Below the pieces are notes generated by a model. That model was not told the DNA's origin. It did not search any database and saw only the letters and a list, made by a program, of their open reading frames with translations. Both the position numbers and the translations under genes were made by a program. This document shows positions 37,522-47,028 of a stretch of DNA of 64,000 bases, one piece after another. Position 1 is the first letter of the stretch. Each line of letters opens with the position of its first letter. The DNA lies in IMG/VR virus record IMGVR_UViG_3300037294_000266, positions 1 through 64,000 of that record; one strand, given 5' to 3'.

Positions 37522-38045
37522 TCACCTCCCTTAATAACAAACTGTTTAAGTCGTGTAGTATCGATCGTGTCGAACGTCGAACCAGAGAGGTAATCTAGAG
37601 TGGGCAAGCGTTTGAAGGCTTCGTTAGGAGTCAGACCACAGCGCAATAGAGAAGCAAGCATGGGCCCGCCGGTACCACAGGCATGAGTCTTACCGTCCAG
37701 ACGTACGACGAAAACAATCCCAGTGTCTTTTAAGGCATACTGAACATTCTTTGTACAGATTATTGCGTTGGTGAAATCAATGTCATTCCCGTGGCTGAGG
37801 TTGAGATCAGTTAATTTGATACAGTCTCGACCATTCAGATACATGGCTGTTATAAGTGCTCGAAACAAGGACTCGTACTTGTCGCGATTAAGTTCGGTAA
37901 CTGATTTACCCGAAACCGCATATGCGAAAGATTTGTCTTTACTGATAAGGACCTTCTCCCCATCAATGAAAGTAACGGGAGTAGTGAAAGAAACTTGCTT
38001 CCGATCGCCGTATATTTTACCCTGGTGAAATACGATAGCTGTCAT
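37518..38045 (-). CDS. HslV/proteasome-beta-like Ntn hydrolase
   Basis: MTAIVFHQGKIYGDRK (Thr2, D-R), K near position 30, ACGTGG, GLTPNEA...D.LSG. Confidence 0.6.
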   Translation of the reverse strand: MTAIVFHQGKIYGDRKQVSFTTPVTFIDGEKVLISKDKSFAYAVSGKSVTELNRDKYESLFRALITAMYLNGRDCIKLTDLNLSHGNDIDFTNAIICTKNVQYALKDTGIVFVVRLDGKTHACGTGGPMLASLLRCGLTPNEAFKRLPTLDYLSGSTFDTIDTTRLKQFVIKGGE

Positions 38046-38087
38046 AAAAGATCCGTCATAAAGGGGAGGCTGTGCCTCCCCTAGTGA

Positions 38088-38408
38088 TTAACAGTTAAAA
38101 CCCTTCAAGAAGGCCGCATCGTCTTTATTGCAACCACGAGAACTCGGACTCTGCGCAACTGCTGCTGTTGGCAATGGAGCGCCGCCTTCAACTGGTTCGA
38201 TGGACAGATCATCCATGATCAGTTCGAACGAACTGCCGGCCTTGAGACCTTTCTTCGTATCGACCTCGACCGCTAACTGGATCTTGTCATCGATCTTGAA
38301 CTGAAGAGTATTGGAGTTATGCGTAACGACCACACAAATTATCTTGTCTTTGCCGCCAGCGATATGTTTCAACATCGAAGTCAGTGAATCATTACTATTA
38401 ATCTTCAT
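38088..38408 (-). CDS. hypothetical protein
   Basis: 106 aa, GAGGA RBS. Confidence 0.6.
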   Translation of the reverse strand: MKINSNDSLTSMLKHIAGGKDKIICVVVTHNSNTLQFKIDDKIQLAVEVDTKKGLKAGSSFELIMDDLSIEPVEGGAPLPTAAVAQSPSSRGCNKDDAAFLKGFNC

Positions 38409-38483
38409 GCGGTATTTCCTCAGGATGGATCAATTAGACATAGAGGAGGGTTCGAACCCTCCTCTATGTTTGACGTGGATCAA

Positions 38484-39554
38484 TTAGCCTTGAACTTCTT
38501 CGCCATGTACGCCAGGGCTGAATGCAGCTTCTGCTTCCAGCTCTTGCAGATGAGGAATGAGGATCTTCGACCAGGCTTCGAAAAGCTCGGTATCAGCTTC
38601 CAACTGCTCACGGTTGTACCAACCCACTGTACGGTACTTGGTTTCACGAACAACGAAGTCGTATTCGGCCGGGATCTGAATAACACCCACGACAGCGATG
38701 TGAGTATTGCCAACGAAGCCTTTGACTTCTGGCTTGTAGTCAGACAAGAACGCGACCGGCAGGAGAGAGGCGTCGATCCTGCCTGCATTGCGAGTAGTGG
38801 GTTCTTTACCGAAGACGTCAGTGTAGACCGTGTTGATAGGGGTTGGTGTAGTGAATACCAACAGACCCTTTTCAGTATCTTCGGCCATTGGAATGATGAT
38901 GTACTCATCTTTAACCAACAGAGGTTCGCCAACAACTTCTGTCAGGTATTCAGACAACGGACCAGTAGCAGCAATGGCTTGGATGCCGGTCAGTTTGAAA
39001 TGAGTCAGAAGCTCGTTACTCATTTCCTGGGCATCGAGAGGACGCGGACTGTACTCCGGCAGCAACAACTGGATTTCTTCACCCAGTTCACGCACACCCG
39101 AACGCATGGTGGAGAAGTACGAAGACGGACATTCAGCATGATAGTCCACTTCGTTACCGTCTGCATCATAGACACCGTGACCTGTTACATCGCTCACGTC
39201 AACATGGCCACCAAAGCCAAAGCTGTAGTTGTCTTTCAACTTGTCTTCGCTACCGGCAGAGCGCTGGTATACGGCAAACAGAGTTTCGGTGCCGATCTTC
39301 TTGGTGACGACCATATATAGGATCAACTGGCGTACGGATTCGGTCTGGTCGATGGTGGAACGACGCATGCCAACGAACCCAGCATCCATTTCCATCATCT
39401 TGTTGCGGATCTCGTTCTCAGGATAGAACTTGGCCGAGCCGGACATATCCGGCACCAGGTCCTTCAGAACGAATTCTGGCAGATAACCGAAGGTGGTCTC
39501 ATCGCGCTTGGTACGGACGAATGGATTGAGTTTGACGATGTTTTGCTGGTCCAT
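38484..39554 (-). CDS. Nudix-like phosphoesterase (COG4112 type)
   Basis: RQLILY, YQR..GSE.KL..NYSFGFGGHVD, RELGEE, VGNTHIAVV, FEAWSKI. Confidence 0.75.
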   Translation of the reverse strand: MDQQNIVKLNPFVRTKRDETTFGYLPEFVLKDLVPDMSGSAKFYPENEIRNKMMEMDAGFVGMRRSTIDQTESVRQLILYMVVTKKIGTETLFAVYQRSAGSEDKLKDNYSFGFGGHVDVSDVTGHGVYDADGNEVDYHAECPSSYFSTMRSGVRELGEEIQLLLPEYSPRPLDAQEMSNELLTHFKLTGIQAIAATGPLSEYLTEVVGEPLLVKDEYIIIPMAEDTEKGLLVFTTPTPINTVYTDVFGKEPTTRNAGRIDASLLPVAFLSDYKPEVKGFVGNTHIAVVGVIQIPAEYDFVVRETKYRTVGWYNREQLEADTELFEAWSKILIPHLQELEAEAAFSPGVHGEEVQG

Positions 39555-39611
39555 GAGGACTCCTTTACGTTTAAGAATATTGATTGGGGAGGGATTGCCT
39601 CCCCCGTTGAA

Positions 39612-41474
39612 TTAGATGCTGACGGGAACGCCAGCGGTGGATGGTGCAGCAACATTAACTTCAGGAGCTTTAATGCTGCGGTCAGTGATCACCGGATACT
39701 TGTCGAAATCAGGCGCCACTGTCCAACCATTGGCATCAAAGCGATAACGCATGTCACGTGAACCGAAACGCGCCTGTCCTTCGTCATTCATGCGGACGTA
39801 AATGATGACGGCTATTGTGCGATCCTGACGTGGATGGCGAGGCCCGAAGACCATGGAAATACTCTGCTGTGTTTCAGCACGCGGAATCTCGGTCACACGG
39901 GAATAATCTTCCAGTGCACGACGGTGATCGCGGAACTCTGGCTTCATCGATTCTGCAAACAACGCAGGACGAGGAGCCATTGGCATTGAAATACCACCGA
40001 ACTGGAAGAAGATCATGTCTTCGTCATTCCGGGCACAGTAACCAATGGCCTTGTTCGTACTGATCGACAACACCGGCAACACTGCTTCACGATCTTTCAA
40101 AACGTGAGGCTGTGGGCGCAGTTGGTGCAGCTGATAGCCTTCGCTATATTTCCATGGAATGAACGGCGCACGATTCTCCTCAGTGTCCCAGCTGAAGATT
40201 GGTTTGGCTTCGCGGTTTGCCATGCCATTGATCAGAATCGGCATGAACGTAATGCCAGTGGCCACAAAGCCAATCTCGTCAGCAAACGGCAGTATTTCGT
40301 TTATGAAATAGCCGAGGTCTACTGGCACGATCGCCGAAGGAGTGGTCAGTGTAATGCCTTTCTTTTCAGCGAACGCTGCGAAACCATTGTCAGTTGGCTT
40401 ATGAGCCTCTTCGAATGTCCACGCGCGCTTGGCTTCCCAGATAACCGGGATATCGATCTCAGCAGCTTCTGTCTGCTCCAGAGAGGCCATCCAGTCACCT
40501 TCTTCAAGGAACCGCGCAGTCTTGGCCACTTGACTTTCAGTAGCTTCGGCAGTGGTACGGAGGTAGTTCAAACCACTGGTCTTTTCTGCCCAGAACTTAG
40601 CCAGACGATCCACTTGGTTTTCAGACGAACCGGCATTGAGGATTTCTTGAGCACGAATGAGCAATTCGCCGAGCATTGAGCTACGCAGACCAAGTAGCCC
40701 CATCGAACGCATGCCGGCCTTCCAGATCGAATTGACCACCATGGTTTCTTGGCTGTACGGGTTGACCGAGGTGCTGTATTCTGGCAGTGTTTTCAGGACG
40801 TTGATATTCAAGAGCAGTTGCATGAACTGTTCCATCATAAACTTACCAGAAGCAACATACTCGATGACCCGTGATTTAAACAGGTTATCAACGAAGACCA
40901 CTGTGTTTAAATCAACCTCGCCAATGATCCGGATGAGTGTGTTCACCCGATCCATCTGCGCGCTGATACGCCCGGTGTCAATCGCCGTGCCCAGTACCGG
41001 AACACGGTGACTCAGCACTACTTGCTCGATGTAGAAGTGTCGGAATGGCTTGCCGCCGAGATTGGTGTTCTCGATGTAGTGTTGATACGGACCATCGGTA
41101 TTGAAGAGATTGGTGATTCGGCTTTCTTCAACAAACCGCTTCATTCCTTCGACCACTGTTTTCATTACCGGGTCGGTAACGACTTCAGGGTTCCAATAGA
41201 TGCTCTTGACACCGGAGTCAGTACCCATGACAAGATGGCCTACACGTGCCATGAACTTGGAGCAGGTTGTGCACGTGTATTCTTGGACGTATGCAGCTAC
41301 GTCGAGAACATCGTGCTGAAAGGCGGCAATGCGCAGCATCTTCAGGTAGTGTTGGTTCAGTTTCTTACGAGACTGGGTTACGAACAGCACGCCAACGCCT
41401 GGGCGCAGGAGTTCAGTAGCCGCAGTGCGAAGTTGATCCAGGGTGACGTGATATGTATCGTCAACAGTCGACAT
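39612..41474 (-). CDS. large hypothetical protein with CxxC motif
   Basis: 620 aa; QEYTCTTCSKFMARVGHLV...SIYW; HFY; NYLRTTA. Confidence 0.75.
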   Translation of the reverse strand: MSTVDDTYHVTLDQLRTAATELLRPGVGVLFVTQSRKKLNQHYLKMLRIAAFQHDVLDVAAYVQEYTCTTCSKFMARVGHLVMGTDSGVKSIYWNPEVVTDPVMKTVVEGMKRFVEESRITNLFNTDGPYQHYIENTNLGGKPFRHFYIEQVVLSHRVPVLGTAIDTGRISAQMDRVNTLIRIIGEVDLNTVVFVDNLFKSRVIEYVASGKFMMEQFMQLLLNINVLKTLPEYSTSVNPYSQETMVVNSIWKAGMRSMGLLGLRSSMLGELLIRAQEILNAGSSENQVDRLAKFWAEKTSGLNYLRTTAEATESQVAKTARFLEEGDWMASLEQTEAAEIDIPVIWEAKRAWTFEEAHKPTDNGFAAFAEKKGITLTTPSAIVPVDLGYFINEILPFADEIGFVATGITFMPILINGMANREAKPIFSWDTEENRAPFIPWKYSEGYQLHQLRPQPHVLKDREAVLPVLSISTNKAIGYCARNDEDMIFFQFGGISMPMAPRPALFAESMKPEFRDHRRALEDYSRVTEIPRAETQQSISMVFGPRHPRQDRTIAVIIYVRMNDEGQARFGSRDMRYRFDANGWTVAPDFDKYPVITDRSIKAPEVNVAAPSTAGVPVSI

Positions 41475-41500
41475 GGTGTATTTCCTTGGTTGATGGCTAG

Positions 41501-41770
41501 TTATTTGCCATTGTTGGTGCGGTCGAAATATTTATCGAGCTTATTGTACAGCTTTTGTTTAGCTGGAGTGAGACGTTTACTGATGCCCTCTGGCTGATTA
41601 TTCTGAGGGTTCCAGTAAACATCGCGTAGACACGTGTGCGCGTTGAGTAAGCGGACACGATACATCTGGTCGAGGGGTCGGCCAGTACGAGTGTCTTTAT
41701 CGTACTTCAGTCGAGTGAGACCCTCACTTCCAACATATTGGAAATGTTTCTTACCTAAACGAATACACAT
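41501..41770 (-). CDS. hypothetical basic protein
   Basis: 89 aa, operon packing. Confidence 0.55.
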   Translation of the reverse strand: MCIRLGKKHFQYVGSEGLTRLKYDKDTRTGRPLDQMYRVRLLNAHTCLRDVYWNPQNNQPEGISKRLTPAKQKLYNKLDKYFDRTNNGK

Positions 41771-42402
41771 GGATCACCATCCTCGGTGTCAAACAGCGGA
41801 TAACGTTCTTGCATGTTGGCAAGAGGTAGGAAATGTGGCTTAGGGATATGTGGCCACATATGCCATTCCCAACCTTCGCATTTCTCAGGTTCGAGATTGA
41901 GAGCGATCTGAATGTCCGTGTCAGGGAGACGAGCCAACGTCCACAACGTAACGTAGTGTTTACCTTCCTCAGCGAAGATATCGTTGGTGGCGATCTTGCA
42001 CGGAATCACGGTGTCAAGAACGAGTCCTGTTTCTTCCAGCACTTCACGGCGAGCGCATTCTTCAATAGTCTCGCCGAACTCAAGATGACCGCCGGGTAAC
42101 GACCAACAACCAGCGCCGTGAGAACCTTTACGCTGACTGACAAGGAACTTACCATTACGGTAGACCATTACACCGACCCCAACCCCAATCTGAGCTTTGT
42201 CGTGAGGATTTGGCTGGGCAATGTCATAATCCACAAACGTAGAGATGTGGTCAAGTGGGTTACGGCCGCCCCAACGACATACCTCCCACGCATCTTTCCC
42301 ATTCCAAATCAGTTCGCCGTTGGAACAGTACCAGTGATTGGAATCCCAGCTATTAGCACCTTCGGGCATTGGTGTGGACGGTTTGCTAAATTGCTTTCTC
42401 AT
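41755..42402 (-). CDS. Nudix hydrolase (MutT/NUDT15-like)
   Basis: RKGSHGAGCWSLPGGHLEFGETIEECARREVLEETGL; KHYVTL; EPEKCEGWEW. Confidence 0.9.
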   Translation of the reverse strand: MRKQFSKPSTPMPEGANSWDSNHWYCSNGELIWNGKDAWEVCRWGGRNPLDHISTFVDYDIAQPNPHDKAQIGVGVGVMVYRNGKFLVSQRKGSHGAGCWSLPGGHLEFGETIEECARREVLEETGLVLDTVIPCKIATNDIFAEEGKHYVTLWTLARLPDTDIQIALNLEPEKCEGWEWHMWPHIPKPHFLPLANMQERYPLFDTEDGDPCVFV

Positions 42403-43511
42403 CAGAACCCCTTAGGAATCTTCACAGACTTTTCAAACACGTGCGTAACGCTGCCCGCATGTTCGTTCTTCAGGCCAAGGTGTACGCGAGCGTTCTCAAG
42501 AGAGATCTCGCCATCGGCGTTATCTTTCCGAATAACGCCACTGACTTCGATGGCCTTCTTCTTGAACATCTTGCGCCAGTATTCTGGAAGTTGATGACGA
42601 TTGATTTGAAGATCAAACAAATCACCATGCTTAACGTGATCGCGCCAGCTCTCAAACTCACGAGTGATGTCGAGAGTGTGGCCGTCATGGATAATTGCCA
42701 ATTTGCAGCCGTACTTCGACGGAACAAACCGCAGTTCACGAGCATTGACTTCGGGGAAGTATTTCTCAGTCGGCGCAGGCGGGTTGGTGTAGGCGCTGAG
42801 GGTCAAGGAGTATGCCAGGTGAGCCCGAGCATCCTTAGTCAGATGTCCACGATATTCGTTAAACCAAGTCGGGAAGTTATCCTGCGTCCACTTACGACGG
42901 CCCATGGCCTTCTTGACATACTCGGAATCGATCGTCCCGAATGTATCAGTGTAAAGTAACAGGTTACGGGTTGCTTCCAGCATGTCGTCAGTGACGTTAT
43001 CGGCGTTGGGAACAATGACGTGAGTATCCCCAACCTTAGGGAAGTCTTCAGGAACCGAATCAATGATCATGAACAGATCGGGATCTTGAGTCTTAGCGGC
43101 ATAGTCAGATAACGCTTGGAACCACTCTTGACCGCTGACCTTAGCGACACCGTGCTTTTCGAGTATGGCCTGAGCATCTGCCATAGCTCGACCTACGTCA
43201 TCGGAGGTGTCGTAGATGACTGGCTGTGGAAGGTCGTGCTCTTCGCATAATTTAAAACGTGATTGGCCGGTATAGACTTTAGCAAACACAACACCGCGGA
43301 ACATTACCAGACACTTGCCAAAGGTATCAGCTTCGACCATGGTAATGTCTTCACCGACTACATTCTCCTCGACAAAGACACCAGCTGCATATTTCAACAA
43401 TGCTTCGGCTTCAGCTGCGATGGCTACAGACTCGAGATAGATGTAATCAGAATCTGGACCGTATGTAATTGAACTATCAACGAGGCAGACGGCCCATTGT
43501 TTATCTGACAT
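42402..43511 (-). CDS. hypothetical protein
   Basis: 369 aa, AGGAG RBS. Confidence 0.7.
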   Translation of the reverse strand: MSDKQWAVCLVDSSITYGPDSDYIYLESVAIAAEAEALLKYAAGVFVEENVVGEDITMVEADTFGKCLVMFRGVVFAKVYTGQSRFKLCEEHDLPQPVIYDTSDDVGRAMADAQAILEKHGVAKVSGQEWFQALSDYAAKTQDPDLFMIIDSVPEDFPKVGDTHVIVPNADNVTDDMLEATRNLLLYTDTFGTIDSEYVKKAMGRRKWTQDNFPTWFNEYRGHLTKDARAHLAYSLTLSAYTNPPAPTEKYFPEVNARELRFVPSKYGCKLAIIHDGHTLDITREFESWRDHVKHGDLFDLQINRHQLPEYWRKMFKKKAIEVSGVIRKDNADGEISLENARVHLGLKNEHAGSVTHVFEKSVKIPKGF

Positions 43512-43601
43512 GACATAATCTCCTAGTGTGCATAAAAAAGGTTACATTGGTTTTCTTTGACATGCGGCATAAAGGGAGAGCCTGAGCTCTCCCCTTAAAC
43601 A

Positions 43602-44084
43602 TCAACGGTATTTCTCAAACCGGGTGTTATGGCTAGGCATTGCATTCTTAGCAATGACTTCAATCAAAGCCTTTCGTTCATCATGATTGAGAAGGTTGAT
43701 TGCAAAGCGCGCAAACTTAAGCGGGACAAGGTCACCTGTCCGTTCGTAGAGAAACCAGCCTTTCAACTCAGGTGCTCGGAAAGCACCAGGAAGCGTGTTG
43801 TTGACATAACCTGCAACAAGTCCAGCTTCTATCTTTGTAACTGCATGCGCATTCGATTCATCAACCAGCGAGAGTTCCTTTACTCGACTGGGCTTGACCG
43901 TACTGCGGCTGTTCTTTTCATAGATCTTTTCCAAAGCCTTTTCATCACGTTCCTGGATTGCCCGTTCAGACTCGAACTTGACAAGAGCAAAGCGTGACGA
44001 TCCAACAAGGGAACCTTTCACTAGGAAGAGTTCAGCACCCGGCTGCCCCATTACAACCGGGATGACGTATTTTCCTTTAGCCAT
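43602..44084 (-). CDS. hypothetical early protein
   Basis: Start moved to MAKGKY; follows promoter 44170. Confidence 0.6.
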   Translation of the reverse strand: MAKGKYVIPVVMGQPGAELFLVKGSLVGSSRFALVKFESERAIQERDEKALEKIYEKNSRSTVKPSRVKELSLVDESNAHAVTKIEAGLVAGYVNNTLPGAFRAPELKGWFLYERTGDLVPLKFARFAINLLNHDERKALIEVIAKNAMPSHNTRFEKYR

Positions 44085-44169
44085 GGAAAGCCATTCCGTT
44101 ATTATTAAGTGTTGGATGGATACACTACCAGACAAGTTATTGATTTAGTTGCCATTGGTTATTCTGCCT

Positions 44170-44198
44170 GATAATGTATTGTCGTGTTTTCTTCGAGT
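44170..44198 (-). promoter_or_regulatory. putative early promoter
   Basis: CTCGAA-N13-TACATTATC. Confidence 0.65.
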
Positions 44199-44263
44199 GA
44201 TAGTCCCGATTCATAATGATAGCACATCGCCATACAGGGCAGGGGATTCCCCTGCCCTGTCTA

Positions 44264-45391
44264 TCATGGAACGCCCGGTGCACCCAGGGTGTGAAACTCA
44301 CCGTCGATGTCTAAGAAGTACGCTGTATTGCTTACACTGTCCTTATAAATAAGACCACGTTGCAGCGCACTTTCATTATCCATCGTGCCGGCATTGACCC
44401 AGGCATTGTTCTGCCAGCGCCAGACGACACCGTTACTGTTATCAATGATCTCGGACTTAACCATAGGCACTGAAACATTTTCCCACGTAGCACCCGCTTG
44501 GGACATAGCCACATAACCAATGGCGCATGGGGACAAGAAGATATCTGGAATAGCCCCTGTCCAGTAAACGGGAGTGGGCCATGGAGAACCGTCTGCTTTA
44601 GTCACCTCGATCTCAAATGTCTTATCGATCTTACGCTTAGCTACAACCCGAACGCCAAGACTTAGATCGACACCCACATCCCATGTTTGATTAACTATAC
44701 CAAGATTGGTAGAGAAAATAACATTCATACTAGGACGAGGATTGTTATAGACCAGACGAGCCTTGGCCTGTCCCGATGGCAAACCACCACCATCGACTAC
44801 AAGCATCAGCGTGTGTTCGACAGCCCCTACTTTCTTGTAAGCCAACATGATACCAATGGCGTCATCGTCAGCCACATTAGAAGACATAATGACTTCAAAG
44901 TTGTAGGTGTCAAAACGATCGTTGCTGATAAGACCTATAAGGCTCGTAGAATTCAGTGTCGAAGAGACTTTGTCCGTTGATGCATTGTACGACCAGCCAT
45001 CGAGTTCAGCTGGGATGGAGGGACTGGTCTCGGTGATGCCGTGACTGATTCGTTTCCATTTATCAAACACGTCAGCGAATGAGATGGTGGCAGCTTTTAA
45101 ACTATCAGCCTCAGCAGTCGTTGCAGCTATTCGAACAGTCTTGAACAATTGCATCGCCTTGAATGACATCGCCACGCCTTCTTGTTCGAAGACTGCTACT
45201 TCACCAGGTCTGCCGTTAATAGTTGCCAACTCATTGGAGATCACATCAGCACGCACTTCAGCAGCAGTCTTCCCCTCTAGCAGCGCCGAGTCGGCGGCTT
45301 GAGCGTCGACATCTAGCTTGCCGGTGAACGTGGAGTGAAGTCGCTTGAGCAGTGTGTCCAGTTTAGAGGACAGTGCGGATATACTAGCCAT
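44264..45391 (-). CDS. tail fibre/adhesin with lectin-like domain
   Basis: N-terminal KLDVDAQAADSALLEGKT shared with long fibre; FEV...DDDAIG recalls the thrombospondin C-terminal lectin motif. Confidence 0.65.
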   Translation of the reverse strand: MASISALSSKLDTLLKRLHSTFTGKLDVDAQAADSALLEGKTAAEVRADVISNELATINGRPGEVAVFEQEGVAMSFKAMQLFKTVRIAATTAEADSLKAATISFADVFDKWKRISHGITETSPSIPAELDGWSYNASTDKVSSTLNSTSLIGLISNDRFDTYNFEVIMSSNVADDDAIGIMLAYKKVGAVEHTLMLVVDGGGLPSGQAKARLVYNNPRPSMNVIFSTNLGIVNQTWDVGVDLSLGVRVVAKRKIDKTFEIEVTKADGSPWPTPVYWTGAIPDIFLSPCAIGYVAMSQAGATWENVSVPMVKSEIIDNSNGVVWRWQNNAWVNAGTMDNESALQRGLIYKDSVSNTAYFLDIDGEFHTLGAPGVP

Positions 45392-45464
45392 GATTTCCTC
45401 AAGAAAGAGTCACTAGAGTCATAACATGACACAAAAAATAAAGGAGGGGCCGAAGCCCCTCATT

Positions 45465-45974
45465 TTACTTACGCACCCAAGTCTCAAAGATGAGACCGGT
45501 ATCCAGCTTGACTTCATCCACTCGTTCGAACTCGTCCCAGACAGAGTCTTCACCAGGTTGAGCAATCTTCACCACATCGCCCTGAAGATCGGGAACATCG
45601 ACAATGGTACGGTAGACAGTATCTGCCATATCCAGACCGCGCCGAATGATCTCGGCACCGCCGATGATGAATACTTCTTCTTCACCGACTTCACGACAGT
45701 CTTCAACAGCAAGGCCTACAGACGACATGAATTGGACAGAATCCAATCGACCGAGTCGCGCCAAGCTTTTCTTACGAGTGACGACATAGTGGAAGCGCCC
45801 AGGGAGCAGTCGAGGGAGACTCTCGAACGTGTGCGAACCCATGATGATAGGTTTGCCAACAGTGAGCTCTTTAAACCGTTTGAGGTCTTCAGGGAAATGC
45901 CACGGCAACGGCTCAGGTCCGGCAAAGCCAATGGCGCCGCTTTTATCCTGAGCGTAAATTACCGAGACCTTCAC
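45465..45974 (-). CDS. folA: dihydrofolate reductase
   Basis: LPWHFPEDLKRFKELTVGKPIIMG.HTFESLP..LPGR; IIGGAEI. Confidence 0.95.
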   Translation of the reverse strand: MKVSVIYAQDKSGAIGFAGPEPLPWHFPEDLKRFKELTVGKPIIMGSHTFESLPRLLPGRFHYVVTRKKSLARLGRLDSVQFMSSVGLAVEDCREVGEEEVFIIGGAEIIRRGLDMADTVYRTIVDVPDLQGDVVKIAQPGEDSVWDEFERVDEVKLDTGLIFETWVRK

Positions 45975-46567
45975 GCTACGCCTTCTTCAGTTGCCGCCGG
46001 TGTTGCCGCAGTGTTGCCGGCGCGGTTACGATGCAGTTCCAGTAGATCTTTCTGCAGACGATCCATGCGCGGCATGATGTAGTAGTTCATGGAGCATTCA
46101 TAAACACCGAACTCTTCTTCGGTATCGATGATCACCAGAACTTCCAAACCAATGCCCTTACCCTTAGCCGTCCACTTACGGATGAACGCAACCTTGAAGC
46201 CATATTCATCAAACGCAGTAAGTACCGAGCGATTGATTTCACGACTTTCATCGAGGAAGAGATTGTCTTCACACTGCAAGGTAGCCGGGACATTGGCCAG
46301 CTTGAGAATGTCACCGCCATCCAAACGAGTCCAGGGTTGCTGAGTTTCCAAGGCCAGGTTAGACTGGTATTGAACAACTGCTTCAGCCAATCGCCCGTCC
46401 TTCGACAGATCGTGACGATGAAGAACCTTGGTCACCAGGTTAGCGCTGTCGTAATGGACACGGAGATTGCAGTTACCGAATCCTTCACGGCCAGCCGAAG
46501 TAAGGGTTACCTTATCGCTGATGGCAGCTTTAAGGACAGCATTGATAGAAGCATAGATGTTTTTCAT
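45971..46567 (-). CDS. hypothetical protein
   Basis: 198 aa, coupled to neighbours. Confidence 0.65.
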   Translation of the reverse strand: MKNIYASINAVLKAAISDKVTLTSAGREGFGNCNLRVHYDSANLVTKVLHRHDLSKDGRLAEAVVQYQSNLALETQQPWTRLDGGDILKLANVPATLQCEDNLFLDESREINRSVLTAFDEYGFKVAFIRKWTAKGKGIGLEVLVIIDTEEEFGVYECSMNYYIMPRMDRLQKDLLELHRNRAGNTAATPAATEEGVA

Positions 46568-47019
46568 CAGGTTCTCTTCGGTAAGATGTTGTTGATAACC
46601 ACGTGATCGGCGTATTCGCGCAGACGAGTGAGGATGTAGCCGACAGCCATGTGGTCATCGTCCAAGACCAGCATCATCATGCCCTGACATGTCGGATCAG
46701 AGCGTTCTTGGATGACATGGACTTCCATCGCATCGAAGTGCCCGATCAGTGTATCGACTTGATCGCATCGCTTGAACCACTCACTTGCGGTGATTGCACC
46801 GTCCGGCATGTCGTACAGGTATTGAGCGATGTCATGCGTTAACGCTAACGCGTAGCGGTAGTGTTCACTCAGGCCGGTGGCCAACAACACCATCGACTTG
46901 ACGGTGGGCATGACCATCGACTGAACGCCCCATGCCAAAGCCCGATCGAAATCAGGCAGTTTCTGTACGGCATCGACGACGCTCAATGGTTTGTCGAACA
47001 TGACAAGTTCATTGCTCAT
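46567..47019 (-). CDS. hypothetical protein
   Basis: 150 aa, AGGAG RBS. Confidence 0.65.
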   Translation of the reverse strand: MSNELVMFDKPLSVVDAVQKLPDFDRALAWGVQSMVMPTVKSMVLLATGLSEHYRYALALTHDIAQYLYDMPDGAITASEWFKRCDQVDTLIGHFDAMEVHVIQERSDPTCQGMMMLVLDDDHMAVGYILTRLREYADHVVINNILPKRT

Positions 47020-47028
47020 CTGACTCTC

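Noticed and set aside
38449-38459. GGTTCGAACCC resembling a tRNA T-arm
   Set aside because: It is the apex of a terminator hairpin; no cloverleaf around it.
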